A stretch of DNA of 64,000 nucleotides, taken from the NCBI RefSeq assembly GCF_009914755.1, contig NC_060936.1. The stretch is one strand, 5' to 3'. Below the pieces are notes generated by a model. The model did no database searches. It had not been told where the DNA came from and saw only the letters and a list, made by a program, of their open reading frames with translations. A program made the position numbers and the translations under genes. Source of the stretch: the human T2T-CHM13v2.0 reference genome, Homo sapiens. Positions 15,931 through 29,980 of this stretch are shown here, piece by piece. Position 1 is the stretch's first letter; each line of letters begins with the position of its first letter.

Positions 15931-18384
15931 GTAAGTATGACTTTTAAAAACATTTTCATATGCATGAGACTATAAACACACCTAATGATATGCATATTTT
16001 TACATAATATACTGGGAATTCAAATTCATATTTCATCAAATTTTAATTTTCTGAGAATTCATTTTATTAAAATTACTATGAACTCTCAAGGCTGTAATTA
16101 ATAATTTTGCCTCTAATTCTTCCATTAAAAGTCCAGATTCCATACGTTTCTTCTCTTACTAAGAATCTGAAGACACAGACTGACAATTCTCTCAGTTGTA
16201 AAAGAATCGCCCTAGGATCCTAAAAGAACTTGTTGAATTTTGAGTTGCCTTACATCCTAATGAGAGATGCCTTGCATCTCTCAGGGTAAATCTATTGATT
16301 TCACTAAAATAAAGCATTTGAAAACTAGATATAAAATATGCTCCATTTGATAACATTCCAAAACTTTTAATCGATTAACAGCATGACTTTTATAATACCC
16401 TTGTAGAAAAATAAAAAAATACACAGGAAGAATTAGTTCCTTTCTTGGCTCATTAGAAAAGATACAATGCTTGGTGAATATTACATGGTAAATGAAACCA
16501 ATAAGATACTTGTTGTCATACAGCTTTCAAAATTACAGGAAAGACTGGTGTGAGATAAATAATCTTAAAATCAAAGCACATATTTATAAATTGTTCTGAG
16601 TCCTCATCAGGAAAAAGATTTCCCTAAAAAGAAAGATTCAAAAGGAAAGTTAATTTAGGATTGAGGTGGGGGGCTGTGAAGAAGAGGATTCAGAGTACAT
16701 CTCAAAATAAGTAACATTTATTCTAAAGGTCTAAAGAAAAAGCCAAATGAAAGGGTTTCCAGGAGAGGGTCTTGGTGCTGACGCCTTAATACAGGAAAGA
16801 GCTGGTGTGTTTGAGAAATGAAAAGAAGCTGGCAGACTGAAACATACTGAATGAGAGGTTGTGACACATGATAAGATTGGAGAGTTAGGAAGGGTGCAGG
16901 TAATGCATGCCCTACTGGCCAAGTTGATTCAATCACCTAAAACTTGTAACATGTAAATAATTGCTTTTAGATCTTAAAAATATACATGTGTAAGTATAGT
17001 GACCTGGGTTAACATTCAATTGTACTTTTAAAACTTACATTGTTGATCATAAGTTCACTGTCAGCCAACAGCATGACATGGTAGAGATGAAAAAAAAAAA
17101 GCATTTTTAACATTTGTTAACATTAGTATCAACCTGTAAATTGAATTTACAGTTGTTTAATTTTGACCCTGACTGCAAATCTTATCAAATTATTTATACT
17201 AAATATGCCACAGATATAGCTCCATCTTAATATAAAATGTCTACTCAAAAGGAGAAGTCTTTCATATTTGCCAAATTAAATTCATTAACATATTAAAAAT
17301 AACCTTAAAATTAAATAATAGTCTGCATATCAACAGGTTTTAGCTTTTTATTTTAAACTCATGAGTTTGAAAAAACACTGTTCCATCATCGATGATAACA
17401 ATATCATATCTGTTTCAGAAATTGATTAAATCAGCATTACAACTTGTCAAAAATATTTAACTCTTGCTAGCCTTTGATTTTATTGAAATAAGCATTTTGT
17501 GAATATGACTACAGAATAAAAATATAAATTTCAGTTTGTTAATAGTTTTCTAATGCTTAACACTATGAAGCTATTTTTTAAACTTGATTAAGTAGGCAGA
17601 AGGACATCCATTTATTCAATATGTATTCATTTTTTATGTCAGGCATAGTTGTATGCACTGAGGATGCAACTGTGAACAAAAGTGATAGAACTTTATAAGC
17701 TTTTAGTATGGGTGGGGAATGAAGGAATGAATGTGTGTAGCAGAAAACACAGTAAACAAATAAGTGAGTAAACATCTAAAATAGAGTAAGTGTGAAGCAC
17801 TAGAAAGATAAATAAATCAGAGTTAAGAAAATAGAAAAAAATGAGAAAATAGGCAAGAGATACTAGTTCAGATATGGTGCTTTGGAAGTCCTTTGAGTAA
17901 AGACCTGAATGAAGAGATAGAAAATAAAGGTACAAGCCATGCTAAATGGAGACATAGGAGGAACAATCCAGGCAAGGTAGAAGAAAGGTCAGCGTCCTGG
18001 TGTGAAGTATAGTTGACATGTACAAGGTCCAAAAACGTGTGTAAGGAGGAGAGAGGTGACAAGTGCAGCAAGAGAGCTAGCCTAGTTCAGATCCTATGGG
18101 TCACAGGAAAGACTTTGAAATATATTCTAAATGTGTTGAAAGCCCAAGGGGATTTAAGCATTAGTATTTGCAAAGATGCCTTACATAACTAGAAGATCAC
18201 TCTGGCTGTGGGTAGAAAGTGTGTTTTGTGAAAACAATAGTGAAGTCAGGGAAAACAGAAGGCTTGAATTGTTCTTCTCAAGATGGAAGCTTGATTGAGA
18301 ATGCTGATAATAGGAAAATATGAAGTAAATGAAATGAGTAAATGAAACAAATATGAGTCTCAGTTGTTTTGCTTTATTTTATTA

Positions 18385-18684
18385 TATTTATTTATTTATT
18401 TTTGAGAGACAGTCTTGCTCTGTCACCCAGGCTGGAGTGCAGTAGCACAACCTTGGATTGCTGCAACCTCCGCCTCCCAGGTTCAAACGATGCTCCTGCC
18501 TCAACCTCCTAAGTAGCTGGAATTACAGGTGCACGCCACCGTGCCTGACTAATTTTTGTATTTTTAGTAGGACGTGGTTTTACCACGTTGGCCAGGCTGG
18601 TCTCAAACTCCTGACCTCAAGTGATCTGCTAGCCTCTGCCTCTCAAAGTGCTGGGATTACAGGCCTGAGCCACAGCACCTGGCC
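18385..18684 (-). mobile_element. Alu (AluS/J)
   Basis: Dimeric Alu, T-rich tail on the left, ends ...cacagcacctggcc. Confidence 0.95.
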
Positions 18685-18999
18685 TTTGTTTTATTTTTTA
18701 ATGCAAAGCCAGTAGGGTTTGCTGAGACATTGAATGTGGCATGTGAGAAAGATAATTTAAGGATAATCCCAAAGTTCTGGCTTGAGTTCTGGAAGGATGG
18801 TGGTACTATTGAACAAAATGGGAAAGACTAAGAAAGGGTAGATTGGGAAAGTGAAAAAGCAAGAATTTGTTCTATCTCTATAAAGCTGAGCAGCCTGTTC
18901 AATATCTAGCAATGTCATATATGCAATCCAACAGGAGAAACCTTGATGCCAGAGCCATAAATTTTAGAGTCAGCAACGTACAGATGGTATTTATTTTTA

Positions 19000-19115
19000 T
19001 TTTTACTTATTTATTTATTTAGAGACAAGGTCTCATTTTGTTGTCCAGGCTGAAGTATAATGGCATGATTATAGCTCACTGTAACCTTGAATGCCTGTAT
19101 TCAAGCAATCCCCCA
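19000..19115 (-). mobile_element. Alu monomer fragment (FLAM/AluJ-like)
   Basis: tttagagacaaggtctcattttgttgtccaggctg...tatagctcactgtaaccttgaa. Confidence 0.75.
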
Positions 19116-19354
19116 AGGCGGTATTAAAATCCATGGAACTAATGAGATCTTCTAGGGACTGAGTACAGATAGAAACAAGATCCTAGGATCAGTTCTCAAT
19201 CACTCTAATTTAAAGATCACTAATAGGAGAAACCAATAAAGAAAACTGAGGAGGTTTCATGAGAAAAACTAGGAAAGAGCGTTGTCCTCAAACTAATAAA
19301 GCATATGTCAAAAAGAGCATAAGTAACTGTGTCAAGGGCTGCTGAGAGTTCACA

Positions 19355-19465
19355 GGAGTTGAACCTGGGAGGCGGAGGCTGCAGTGAGCCAAGATCGCTC
19401 CACTGCACTCCAGCCTGGGAGACAGAGCAAGACTGGTCTAAAAAAAAAAAGAAAAGAAAAGAAAA
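19355..19465 (+). mobile_element. Alu right-arm 3' fragment
   Basis: ttgaacctgggaggcggaggctgcagtgagccaagatcg...gacagagcaagact followed by A-rich tail. Confidence 0.9.
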
Positions 19466-20592
19466 CCACAAACCAATATCCCTGATGAACATATGAAAAA
19501 ATTATTAATAAAACACTAGCAAATCAAATCCGATGGCACATAAGAAAAATTTTATAACATGATCAAGTTGTTTTTATTCTAGGGATGAAGGGTTGGTTCA
19601 ACATACATAAATCAATAAATGTGATTTGCCACAAAGAATAAACTAAAAACCAAAACCATTTGATAAGACAAAATTAAAAACAAAAACCATATGATCATCT
19701 CAATAGATGCAGAAAATTATTTGATAAAATTTAACATCTTTCATGACAAAAATCCTCAACAATCTGGGCATCAAAGGAACATACCTCAAAATAATAAAAG
19801 CTATGTATGACAAACCCACTGCCAACTTCATACTGAAAGGAAAAAAGTTGAAAGCATTCTCCTGAGACCTGAAACAAGACAAGTGTGTCTATTTTCACCA
19901 CTCTTACTGCACATAGTATGGGATGTCCTAGCTAGAGCAATCAGGCAATAGAAAGAAAGAAAAGGTATCCAAATTAGAAAAGAGGAACTCAAATAAACTC
20001 TGTTCACTGATGATATGCAACAATAACAACAAAAATAGACTAATGGGACTTAAACTAAAAATTTCCTGCACAGCAATGGAAATAATCAACAGAGTAAACA
20101 GACAACCTACAGGAAGGGAAAAAATATTTACAAACAATACATCTGACAAAGGGCTAATATCCTTAATCTATAAGAAATACAAAAAAACTCATCAAGAAAA
20201 AAATTATTAAAAATAGGGTAAATGATATGACCAGCATGTTTCAAAAGACAAACAGTCAACAAACAACAAACATATGACAAAATGCTCAATATCACTAATC
20301 ATCAGAGAAATGAAAATTAAAGCTACAGTGAGATTCCATTTTATACCAGTCAGAATGGCCATTACTAAAAAGTCAAAAAGCAAGATACTGGTAAGAATGT
20401 TGAGGAAAAGGAATGCTTATATACTGTTGAGAATATAAATTAGTACAACCTTTATGAAAAACAATGTGGAGATTTTTCAAGTATCTGAAAATAGAAGTAC
20501 CATTTGACCCAGCAATCCAACTATTGGGTATCTACCAAAAGGAAAGTAAATCATTTTATGAAAAAGACTCATGCTCTTTCACACTTATTATA
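19466..20592 (+). mobile_element. LINE-1 ORF2 fragments (L1PB/L1M-like) with internal deletion
   Basis: accaatatccctgatgaacat, catatgatcatctcaatagatgcagaaaa; jump of roughly 1 kb of ORF2 near 20015. Confidence 0.85.
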
Positions 20593-20923
20593 ACACTGAC
20601 TAGACCACAAAAAATCAGTATCTTCAGAGGCATAATAAAGTCTGTTCTAACCACTTCCTCATAGGATTTTCATAAGTACCATATGAGAAAATATTTTAAG
20701 CCATCTTGAAATCATGATGCATTGAATAAATAAGGGAATAATTATTATTATTGCTCAAGTGTTTGCCTTTTAAAACAATTAAAATATAATTTTATATAAT
20801 GGGGCCATTCAACTGTGAGCTTAATTCTATCATGGAGAAAAACAACACAGGAGAAGGTTTAATGTTGTTTCGTTTTGATATTTTAATGATATTTAATGTT
20901 TCTTTGCCTTTGTCTTGTTTCAG

Positions 20924-20988
20924 AATTGTTCAACCTGAATTGAAATCACTTGCACTGGGTTTCCACTCAATGGTTATACGAGCACTAG
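20924..20988 (+). CDS. SLCO1B1: SLCO1B1 exon 13 (65 bp, c.1683-1747): IVQPELKSLALGFHSMVIRAL
   Basis: AG at 20922-20923, donor G|gtatga at 20989; Arg580 CGA at 20979-20981 intact. Confidence 0.97.
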
Positions 20989-20996
20989 GTATGATG

Positions 20997-21074
<78 letters not shown>
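20997..21074 (+). repeat. Compound microsatellite A30(TA)19(CA)5 starting at +9 of intron 13
   Basis: Read directly from the sequence. Confidence 0.95.
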
Positions 21075-23358
21075 TACATATATTAAATTTAAGTTATAAA
21101 TATTAATGTCAAGGATTAAAGACTGTAATGAATCTTTAATTATGATAGTAAATAAAATTAGTATCCTTTCTATTTCTGTGATAAATAAAAACAATAAGAG
21201 ACAGAGTAAAATTGAGTGATGGACCTAAAGGAGAATTCGATTGTTAATTATACATAAAGTCAATCTGTTAAGACTAAGGAATTATTGTATTTGTATTACA
21301 CTCTTTCAAACACAAAGATAGATGGTCCTCCAAATTTTTCTTTTTTTTCAGAAAAATAAGAATATTTCCTCCCAGTAGGCAGAGTGAAGGGCCTAACTTC
21401 TAAACTGTGGCATGATTTAGGCAAGGCCTAAAGCTAGCTTGGGAAGCGTGGGAATCTGGTCAGAGAATCTGGCCAGGCTATGGCCAAATTACAATGAAGA
21501 AATTGTCTAAGAAGCGTATTTGATGATAAAGTCACAAATCCTCAAAGTTAAAAAAGAAGAAATATAAAGGGAATAGAAGAGAGGAAATGAGATGCTATAG
21601 TATTCTGTTGGTTTTCTTCCCTCCGTTCCGTTTTGTGTGTCTCTAATCTCCCAGACTCTGTACATTCTGGCAGGTTTCTACCTTCAGTTTCAATGGAGAT
21701 ACCTCTCTGCTAGAACCTGGGTGACAAAAGCTTAAAGTAACATCTGGGTTGTTAGTACTCCTTCTCATATGTAGAAATGAGACTATGAGAATGGAGTAAA
21801 ATTTTTTTTAGCAATAGAAAATAGGAAAAAAAATGAGTTTCACCATTCTAATTCTGAGTATCCTATTTCAATGTATCCAATCTGTGGCACGATGGAACCT
21901 AAATGCACCTATGGAAAAAATACACATTTAGTACAAAACTTTCAATTCATAAACAATTGTCTTGAATACAATAAACGTGTAAATTGTGGAAGGCCTATAT
22001 ATTTACCTGAAAAAGTCATTTAGAAAATAGGTTATGAGTTTTAAAATTGTAGTGATTAGGACAAAGTTTATTACTTAAAACAATCCATTACGTTTGTTCA
22101 AATCAGTGGCATTATGTGGGGAAAATAAACTGTTAGCATATATTTTTCATTTTTCAAAGGGTGGCTGTGATTTTTGAAACCTGAAAATTTCTCACTCATT
22201 TCCTCAGTACTGGGTTTTCTCAGATACATTGGCCTCAGTCCCTTGTCATTTTAATATTTCTCACTCTCAAAAAATTGAGACTGAGGAAAACTAAATGGAA
22301 TTAGTAAAATTGTGATATATCAATCACTATCATTTTATCCATGGCAAAATAAATTCTGAAAATTATTCACCACAATACAAAAAAAAAACAAAGTAAAGTT
22401 ATGAACACTTTAGTTGCACCATCTTAAGGACAGTTCTCTACTGGCGTGTCCCTAAAATTCTTCATCAAATTACCTTTGCCTAGAACCAGGAGTGAATCTC
22501 AGAGTTCATTAAAACAGCAGTGGAAGCAGATGGACACTTATTATATAAACAACATATCTGTCTGTGAAAAGCCTTGCATTCTGCTAAATCATGAGCTACA
22601 AATAAAAATTAACTAAGAAAAAGACCACTGAAAACTTATCATTGTGATCAGAACACTAACACAAACAAAATTCAGTACCACAAGCCCTAACTTAGCCTAA
22701 GCTGCTTCAGGAGGTATTTACAAATGCACAAAATCAATTGTAGAAAATCACTGGACTGTGAGCTCTAATGACATCAATAAGTGGGAAGTAGATGTCTGAG
22801 CCCAGAAAAAAGTACAACCTGCCAAAAGCTAAGCACTCTCTGAAGCTCAGCCTATACTTATCTGGGGAGGGAGTTCTGATGAAGCACTCACTTTTAAATT
22901 CTCTTAAAATAATGTTAAAAAAAAAAAAAGTCTGCCTTTACAGCAATTGAGCCAAGATCTTTTTCCTTTCCCCATAAAATTGTAATTCTACTCCATTTCA
23001 GGTTTCTTTGCCTAAGAAAAATCCCATATTAACCAACATAACTTCCAAGTTTTACTAACAACATTCTCCTTTTTACCATTCAGGCTTAAGTTAATTGTTA
23101 TCATAAGAAGAACAGAGTATATATGCATGTATGTAGGGAGGGTACGAGTAGGTAAAAGGTGTCAATGACATTACTACATGATTTGGGTCTTTGAGATTTC
23201 TAATAATCTTTATTATTGGGTAGATGCAGAACAAAATAATAAACGAATCCTCCAAATTTTTCAACTTTTATTTAATCAAAATATATCAATGTGGAATATC
23301 ATGCAGTTACATTTAAAATATGTTCCCTAAACTGACATCTTCTCTTCTCCTATTACAG

Positions 23359-23476
23359 GAGGAATTCTAGCTCCAATATATTTTGGGGCTCTGATTGATA
23401 CAACGTGTATAAAGTGGTCCACCAACAACTGTGGCACACGTGGGTCATGTAGGACATATAATTCCACATCATTTTC
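23359..23476 (+). CDS. SLCO1B1: SLCO1B1 exon 14 (118 bp, c.1748-1865): GGILAPIYFGALIDTTCIKW...CRTYNSTSFS
   Basis: AG at 23357-23358, donor TC|gtaagt at 23477; conserved OATP APIYFGALID motif; too short for the supplied ORF track. Confidence 0.97.
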
Positions 23477-24089
23477 GTAAGTTGTCATAAATATATTTCA
23501 TTATTTTTTCTTTGACTATATTAATTCCTAAAAAATATCATTTTCATTATATAATAATATTAATAATGATAGCCACCATTTAATGAAAACTGACTTTGCA
23601 TGCAGTATGGTATCAAGCAATCTCGTATCTCATTTTAGTACTCATAGAAACTATAGGAAATGGATATTTTCTTCTATTCTGTTATATACGAAGAAACTGT
23701 GATTCAAGGATAATAACCAACTTATCAAAAATCAGAGATAATAGAAAATGGCTAGGATTTGTATGTGAATCTTTTTTGTTTCCAAAACTCTCCTCATGTC
23801 AGTATATATAAGGATAAATATACACATGTAAATATAGACACAGACATATATATATGCATGTGTGTGTATTCGATTGCCTCTGACTTCTCTAGAAAGAAAC
23901 AGAATGACTAGCTGGGGCTCTGGTCATATGTCAATTAAGAAAAAACGGGAAAATATGTTTCTATATTACTCTATTCGTGGGGAGAGATATTCCGTAAGTG
24001 ACATGAAGATAACTGCATGGGCATCTGGAAAAACAAAAAGCTACAATTATACTTTACCTCTTTAAAAAAAAACTAATTTCAAATTCATA

Positions 24090-25540
24090 TATTGACAAAT
24101 TATACACTTTGAAATGTGAAACTACATGTATTAAAACTCATAGTATAATTTCTTTCAATTATCTACGAAGCAGAAACTAAGTATGACCCAAATGCCCAAA
24201 ACCATAATAGAAAAAAAGACAAAATATTTATAAAATCTGCATCATTAAACTTTGAAAAGGAAATTTCAAAGTGAAAGTATAAATTAGGAGAATAATTTGC
24301 AACTTGTAACACAGACACAGGCAAATATCCCGAATATATACGGAACTCTTAAACATCAGCAAAAAAAACATCCAATGCTGGCAAGGATGCAAAACAACAG
24401 GAATTTCCTTTAATTTTTCTTTCATTGCTGGTGGATATGTAAAAAATAGTACAGCCATGGTAGAAGACAGTCTGGAAGTTTCTTACAAAGAAAAACACAG
24501 GCTTATGATACTGTTAAGTAATCATGCACCTAGGTATTTACCTAAGTTAGATGAAAACATGACCCCACAAAAACCTGCACTTGCATATGAAAAAATGGAA
24601 GCAAACAAGATGTCTTTCAATAGGTGAATGGATAGCCAAACTGGGGTATATTCATACAATAGAAAATTATTCAGCAATAAAAAGAAGTGACCTATCAACT
24701 CACAAAAAGACAAGAAAGAAACTAAATGCATGTAGCTAAGTGAAAGAAGGCAGTCTAAAGAAGCTTCTGGGCCTGGTGCAGTGGCCCATGCCTGTAATCT
24801 AGGCACTTTGGGAGGCCGAGGTGGGAGGATTCATGAGGCCAGGATTTCAAGACCAGCCTGGACAACATGGCAAAACCTTGTCTCTACTAAAAATACAAAA
24901 ATTAGCCAGTCACGGTGGTGCACATCTGTAATTTCAGCTACTTGGGAGGCTAAAGCACAAGAATCCCTTGAACCCAGGAGGCAGAGGTTGCAGTAAGCCA
25001 AGCTCATGGCACTGCTCTCTGGCCTGGCTGACAGAGCGAGACTCTGTCTCAAAAAAAGAAAAAAAAAAGAACATTAAAAAAAATTAAAGAAGCTTCTGAC
25101 TATATTATTCTAACTGTATGACCTTTTGTAAAAGGGCCAAACTATGAAGACAATGAAACATCAGTGGTTGCTAGGAGCTCAGTGGGGAGAAGATAAGGAT
25201 GAGTAGGTGGAGCACAGGGCATTTTAAGGGTGGTGAAATGATTTTATATGATATTATCATGTTGGATACATGATGTTATGTATTTGTCAAACCTATGGAC
25301 CCATACCCATACAACATACAAACCACATAAAAAGCGAACTCTAATCTAAAATATGAATTTAATAATAATGCATTCATATTGGTTCATCAATTGTAACAAA
25401 GTTACCACACTAATACAAACTGTTAATGATAGGGGAAACTGTATGTGTGGGGCGGGGAGTATATGGGACTTCATACTTTCTGTACAGTTTTTCTGTAAAT
25501 CTAAAATTTCTGTAAAAAGTATGTTCTATTAAAAAAAATC
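24090..25540 (+). mobile_element. Old L1M (L1MC/MD-like) 3' region, interrupted by an Alu
   Basis: cattgctggtggatatgtaaaa, gctaagtgaaagaaggcagtct, 3' end gtacagtttttctgtaaatctaaaa. Confidence 0.75.
24770..25084 (+). mobile_element. Alu (AluS/J) with TSD
   Basis: Full dimer; TSD taaagaagcttctg at 24756-24769 and 25085-25098. Confidence 0.96.
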
Positions 25541-27145
25541 AAGTATCTCCCAAAGAAAAAATCACGAATGGCTATTAAATATACAAAAAGATGCTCAAAT
25601 TAATTGATAATGACAGGATTGCAATTAAAACTCACCCAAATTGTCAACCATCAAAAATGTTAAGTAGACATTGTCTTGGCAAAAATACAGAACTTTGAGC
25701 CAGCAGCAAACTTCTAGAAATTTATCCTACAGATAACTATACTCCCAAATAGATAAAATGGCACATATATAAGATTACATACATGTGTATGGCAACATTG
25801 TTTATGATGGCAAAATATTGGAAGCAACTTAAATATCTCTTGATAAGGGAGTAATTAGATAAATAGTTCTACCTGCAGGAAAATGAATAGTCTGATGTCT
25901 TGAAAAAAGAAGAAAAAATTATTTGTTTACTAATATGGAAGCTTCTTCAAGACATATTTTTATATGAAAAAAAAGAACCATGAAGAATGTGTATGGAGCA
26001 TGCTATCATTTATATGAAAGTGGAGGTTTATTAGTTCAGGATACATCTCTGGAGTAAAGACCTAGGATCAAATTTACCAAACAGACTCTCTTCCATTTAA
26101 TGTGTAAATTCACTATCTAAAATCCCCAGCAGATAAAATGATCCAACTTTTTCCAGAATTGTACCCCACAGACATTCTCACAAATTTATTTAAATATTAA
26201 TGACAGAAAATGTCTCACAAAATGGGAGAAAGAAATGAAAAGAAATTACAAATGAAAACTTCATAAATTTATCTTAATGACTTTATTTAAGAATGTGTTC
26301 ATTTTTTATTGAAATCATCATGTATTTCCAGGACTCCTGGCAAGATGCTCCTCAGAATTTCCCCAAAGCAATGACCACAACTTCAAGTATTAATGTAACA
26401 TTTTGAGATGGCTTTATAATGGTTTGAGTATAAAAAGACCCTAAAACTATTTTTTAAGCCATACTAGTTCCTTTTTGTTCAGTGAAGGTTTAGTTAGAAC
26501 TAAAATGGAATTTAAAAATATTTTATGTTAATTGATTTATTAATGCATTCTTCTTGTTGAACAACTGGTATAGTATCCAAATTTTTAATATACTGCAAAG
26601 ACCATTGTGATAACATTATATAGTGTATATGTGTACTATATATATTTAATATGCATATATATGCATATATAAGACAGACATATTATATATATGTTATTCT
26701 TGTGTACTTTAATTTATGCTCATCCCAAGACATTAAGATTTAAAGGGTCGGTCTTTGTACATCCCCACATATTTATCATTTTCTTTTCTCTGATTTCTTC
26801 TTGCATGTCAGATTCTAGCTAGGGTCATTTTCCTTCTGATTAAAGTCGATTTTTAAAAATGTCTTTCAGTGAGCTCTTTAGTGGCAAATTGCCAAGTTAA
26901 ATTTCTCTGGAAGGAACTTTAGTTCAACTGTATACTTAAAAGAAATGTACAAGGTATAGAATTCTAAATTGACAACTATTTTCTCTTGTCAGATTGAAGA
27001 TATTACTCTATTGTCTTCTAAGTTCCATTTTACTCTTGATAAGTAAGCTGTTGTCTGTTTTCTTGTTCCTTTAAGGTAACCTCACTCCTCTGTGGATTCT
27101 TTAAATATCTTGTCTTAATCCCTGGAATCTGTAATTACACTATGT

Positions 27146-27465
27146 TCAGGTTGCAGATGGAATAAGTTTGCTAATTAGCTGAACTCAAGATAAGAAAATT
27201 ATTTGGTTGGGCCCAATATAACCACAAATATCCTAAAAAATAAAAAGAGGAGGTCAGAAGGATGTGATGTGAGAAAGACTCAGTCTATTGTTGCTGGGTT
27301 TGAAGACGGAAGAAAGGGGCCAGGAGCCGAGGAATGTAGGTGGCCTCTAGAAGTGAGAAAAAGCGAAGGAACAGCTTATTTCCTGGAGGTCCCAGAAAGG
27401 AATACAGCCCTGCTGATACCTTGATTTTAGCCAACTAAGACAAGTATTAGGCTTCTAACTGCCAG
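27146..27465 (+). mobile_element. MaLR LTR fragment (MLT1D-like)
   Basis: ttgctgggtttgaagacggaag...gaggaatgtaggtggcctctagaag...cagccctgctgataccttgattttagcc. Confidence 0.75.
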
Positions 27466-28947
27466 GAAATGCTCCGGGCTTAGCTCACACACCCTTTTCT
27501 TTCATAAAGTTCACACCATTCCAACCAGCTGGAAATGACCAACCCTCTTTGGGACTTACCACATTGTAGCTAACTCATGGCCCTTATCACTTTCCTTTTG
27601 GTCACTTGTGTTCTTTGCTTGATTGTGTAAAGTGGAATTTAAAAAAAAAAAAGAGCAGTGCATTTACCAATGAATACATAAAAAGTTAAATTGTTACCTT
27701 AAGAATTTTTTAAATAAACTCAATTTTAGAGAGTTTTAGGATCACAGTAAAATTGAGGAGAAATTACAGAGATTTCCCACATACCACCTGCCCCACACAT
27801 GCATAGCCTATCCTACCATCAATGTCTCCCAACAAAGGGTGATACAGTTGTTACAAATGATGAAACAACATTAACACATCTTTATCTCCCAGAGTCCACA
27901 GTCCACAGTTTACATTAGGTTTCACTCTTGACGTTGTACTTTCTATGGGTTTGGACAAATGCATAATGACATATATCCACCATTACAGTATTATACAAAG
28001 TAGTTTCTCTACCCTAAAAATCCTCTGCTCTGCCTATTCATTCCTTCCTCCTCCAAAACCCCTGGAGACCACTGTGCTTTTTACTGTTTTCATAGTTTTG
28101 CGTTTTCCAGAATCATACAGTATGTAGCATTTTTAGACTAGCTTATTTAACTTAATCACATGCATTTAAATTTCCTCCAGGTGTTTCAATTGCTTGATAG
28201 CTCATTTCTTTTTATTGCTGAATAATATTCCATTGTCTAGATGTATAACAGATTATTTATATATTCACCTACTGAGGGCATCTTGATGGCTTCCAAGTTT
28301 CATGTTTCTTTGATGATATATATGAAGATGCTTGATTCTGTTATATTAACCCTGGATCCTGTGTCCTGAAACCTTGCAATAATTGCTTATTAGTTCCAAG
28401 TGTGTTTTTGTCTGTTATTTTAAACTTTCTACTTAGACAATTATGTCATATTGCAAACAAAGACAATTTCTTTCTTTTCAATCTATATACATTTCATTTT
28501 CTTTTCTTTTTAAAAATTACATTAATTACGACTCCCAGTACCATGTTGAAAAACAGTGGTGAGAGGGGACGTTTTTGACTTGTTCCTGACCTTAGTGGGA
28601 AGACTTTGAGTCTCTCACTATTAAGTATGAAGTTAGATGTAGGGTTTTGGCAGATATTTTTGATCAAGTTGAGGAGGTTCTCCCCTATTCCAAGTTTAAT
28701 GGGAGTTTTTATTATAAATGAGTGTTTGATTTTGCAAATTCACTTTTCTAGATCTATTGATGTGATCATGTCATTTTATTATTCTTCTTTAGCCTGTTAA
28801 TGTAATGAACTGTAAGAATTCATTTTGAATGTTGAACCAGTCTTGGAAACCTGAGGGAAATCCCACTTAGTCATGATGTATACTATATTTATACATTGTT
28901 GGATTCAATCTGATATTTTTTGAGAATTTTTGCGTCTATGTTCATGA

Positions 28948-29310
<363 letters not shown>

Positions 29311-29468
29311 TGATTTTGTTATTAGGATAATGCTAGCCTCACAGAATGAAATAGGAAGTACTTCTGCTGCTGCTATCATCTGAAGAAGATTGTAATGATT
29401 TGGTATAATTTCTTACTTAAGTGTTTGATAGAATTCACCAATGAACCTATCTTAATTTGATGCTTTCT

Positions 29469-29929
29469 TTTTTATTATTATTATTATACTTTAAGTTCTA
29501 GGGTACATGTGCACAATGTGCTGGTTTGTTACATAGGTATACATGTGCCATGTTGGTGTACTGCACCCATTAACTAGTCATTTACATTAGGTATATTTCT
29601 CAGTGCTATCCCTCCCCCCTCCCCCCACCCCACGACAGGCCCCAGTGTGTGATGTTCCCCTTCCTGTGTCCAAGTGTTCTCACTGTTCAATTCCCACCTA
29701 TGAGTGAAAACATGTGGCATTTGGTTTTTTTGTCCTTGTGATAGTTTGCTGAGAATGATGGTTTCCAGCTTCATCCATGTCCCTACAAAGGACATGAACT
29801 CATCCTTTTTTATGGCTGCATAGTATTCCATGGTTTATATGTGCTACATTTTCTTAATCCAGTCTATCACTGATGGACATTTGGGTTGGTTCCAAGTCTT
29901 TGCTATTGTGAATAGTGCAGCAATAAACA
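29469..29929 (-). mobile_element. 5'-truncated L1PA (L1PA5/6-like) 3' end
   Basis: L1 3' UTR and end of ORF2 ([23 protein letters not shown]); T-rich tail from 29469. Confidence 0.93.
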
Positions 29930-29931
29930 AA

Positions 29932-29980
29932 CTTGGCTTTTTGGCTAATATCAAGTATAGTATCTGTTCTTTTCAGTTTA
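29932..29980 (+). pseudogene. U2 snRNA fragment (about nt 8-56), 3'-truncated retrocopy
   Basis: cttggctttttggctaatatcaagtatagtatctgttcttttcagttta matches 44/49 positions of recalled human U2 (CTCGGCCTTTTGGCTAAGATCAAGTGTAGTATCTGTTCTTATCAGTTTA). Confidence 0.9.

Larger units (their letters stand above)
17590..19350 (-). mobile_element. L2 LINE fragments, interrupted by Alu and FLAM
   Basis: L2 3'-end-like catttattcaa...tatgtcaggcatagttgtatgcactgaggatgcaactgtgaacaaa; later aagatcactctggctg motif. Confidence 0.55.

Noticed and set aside
29932-29980. Functional U2 snRNA gene
   Set aside because: Only about 49 nt, no Sm site or snRNA promoter, and the branch-point pairing region is mutated
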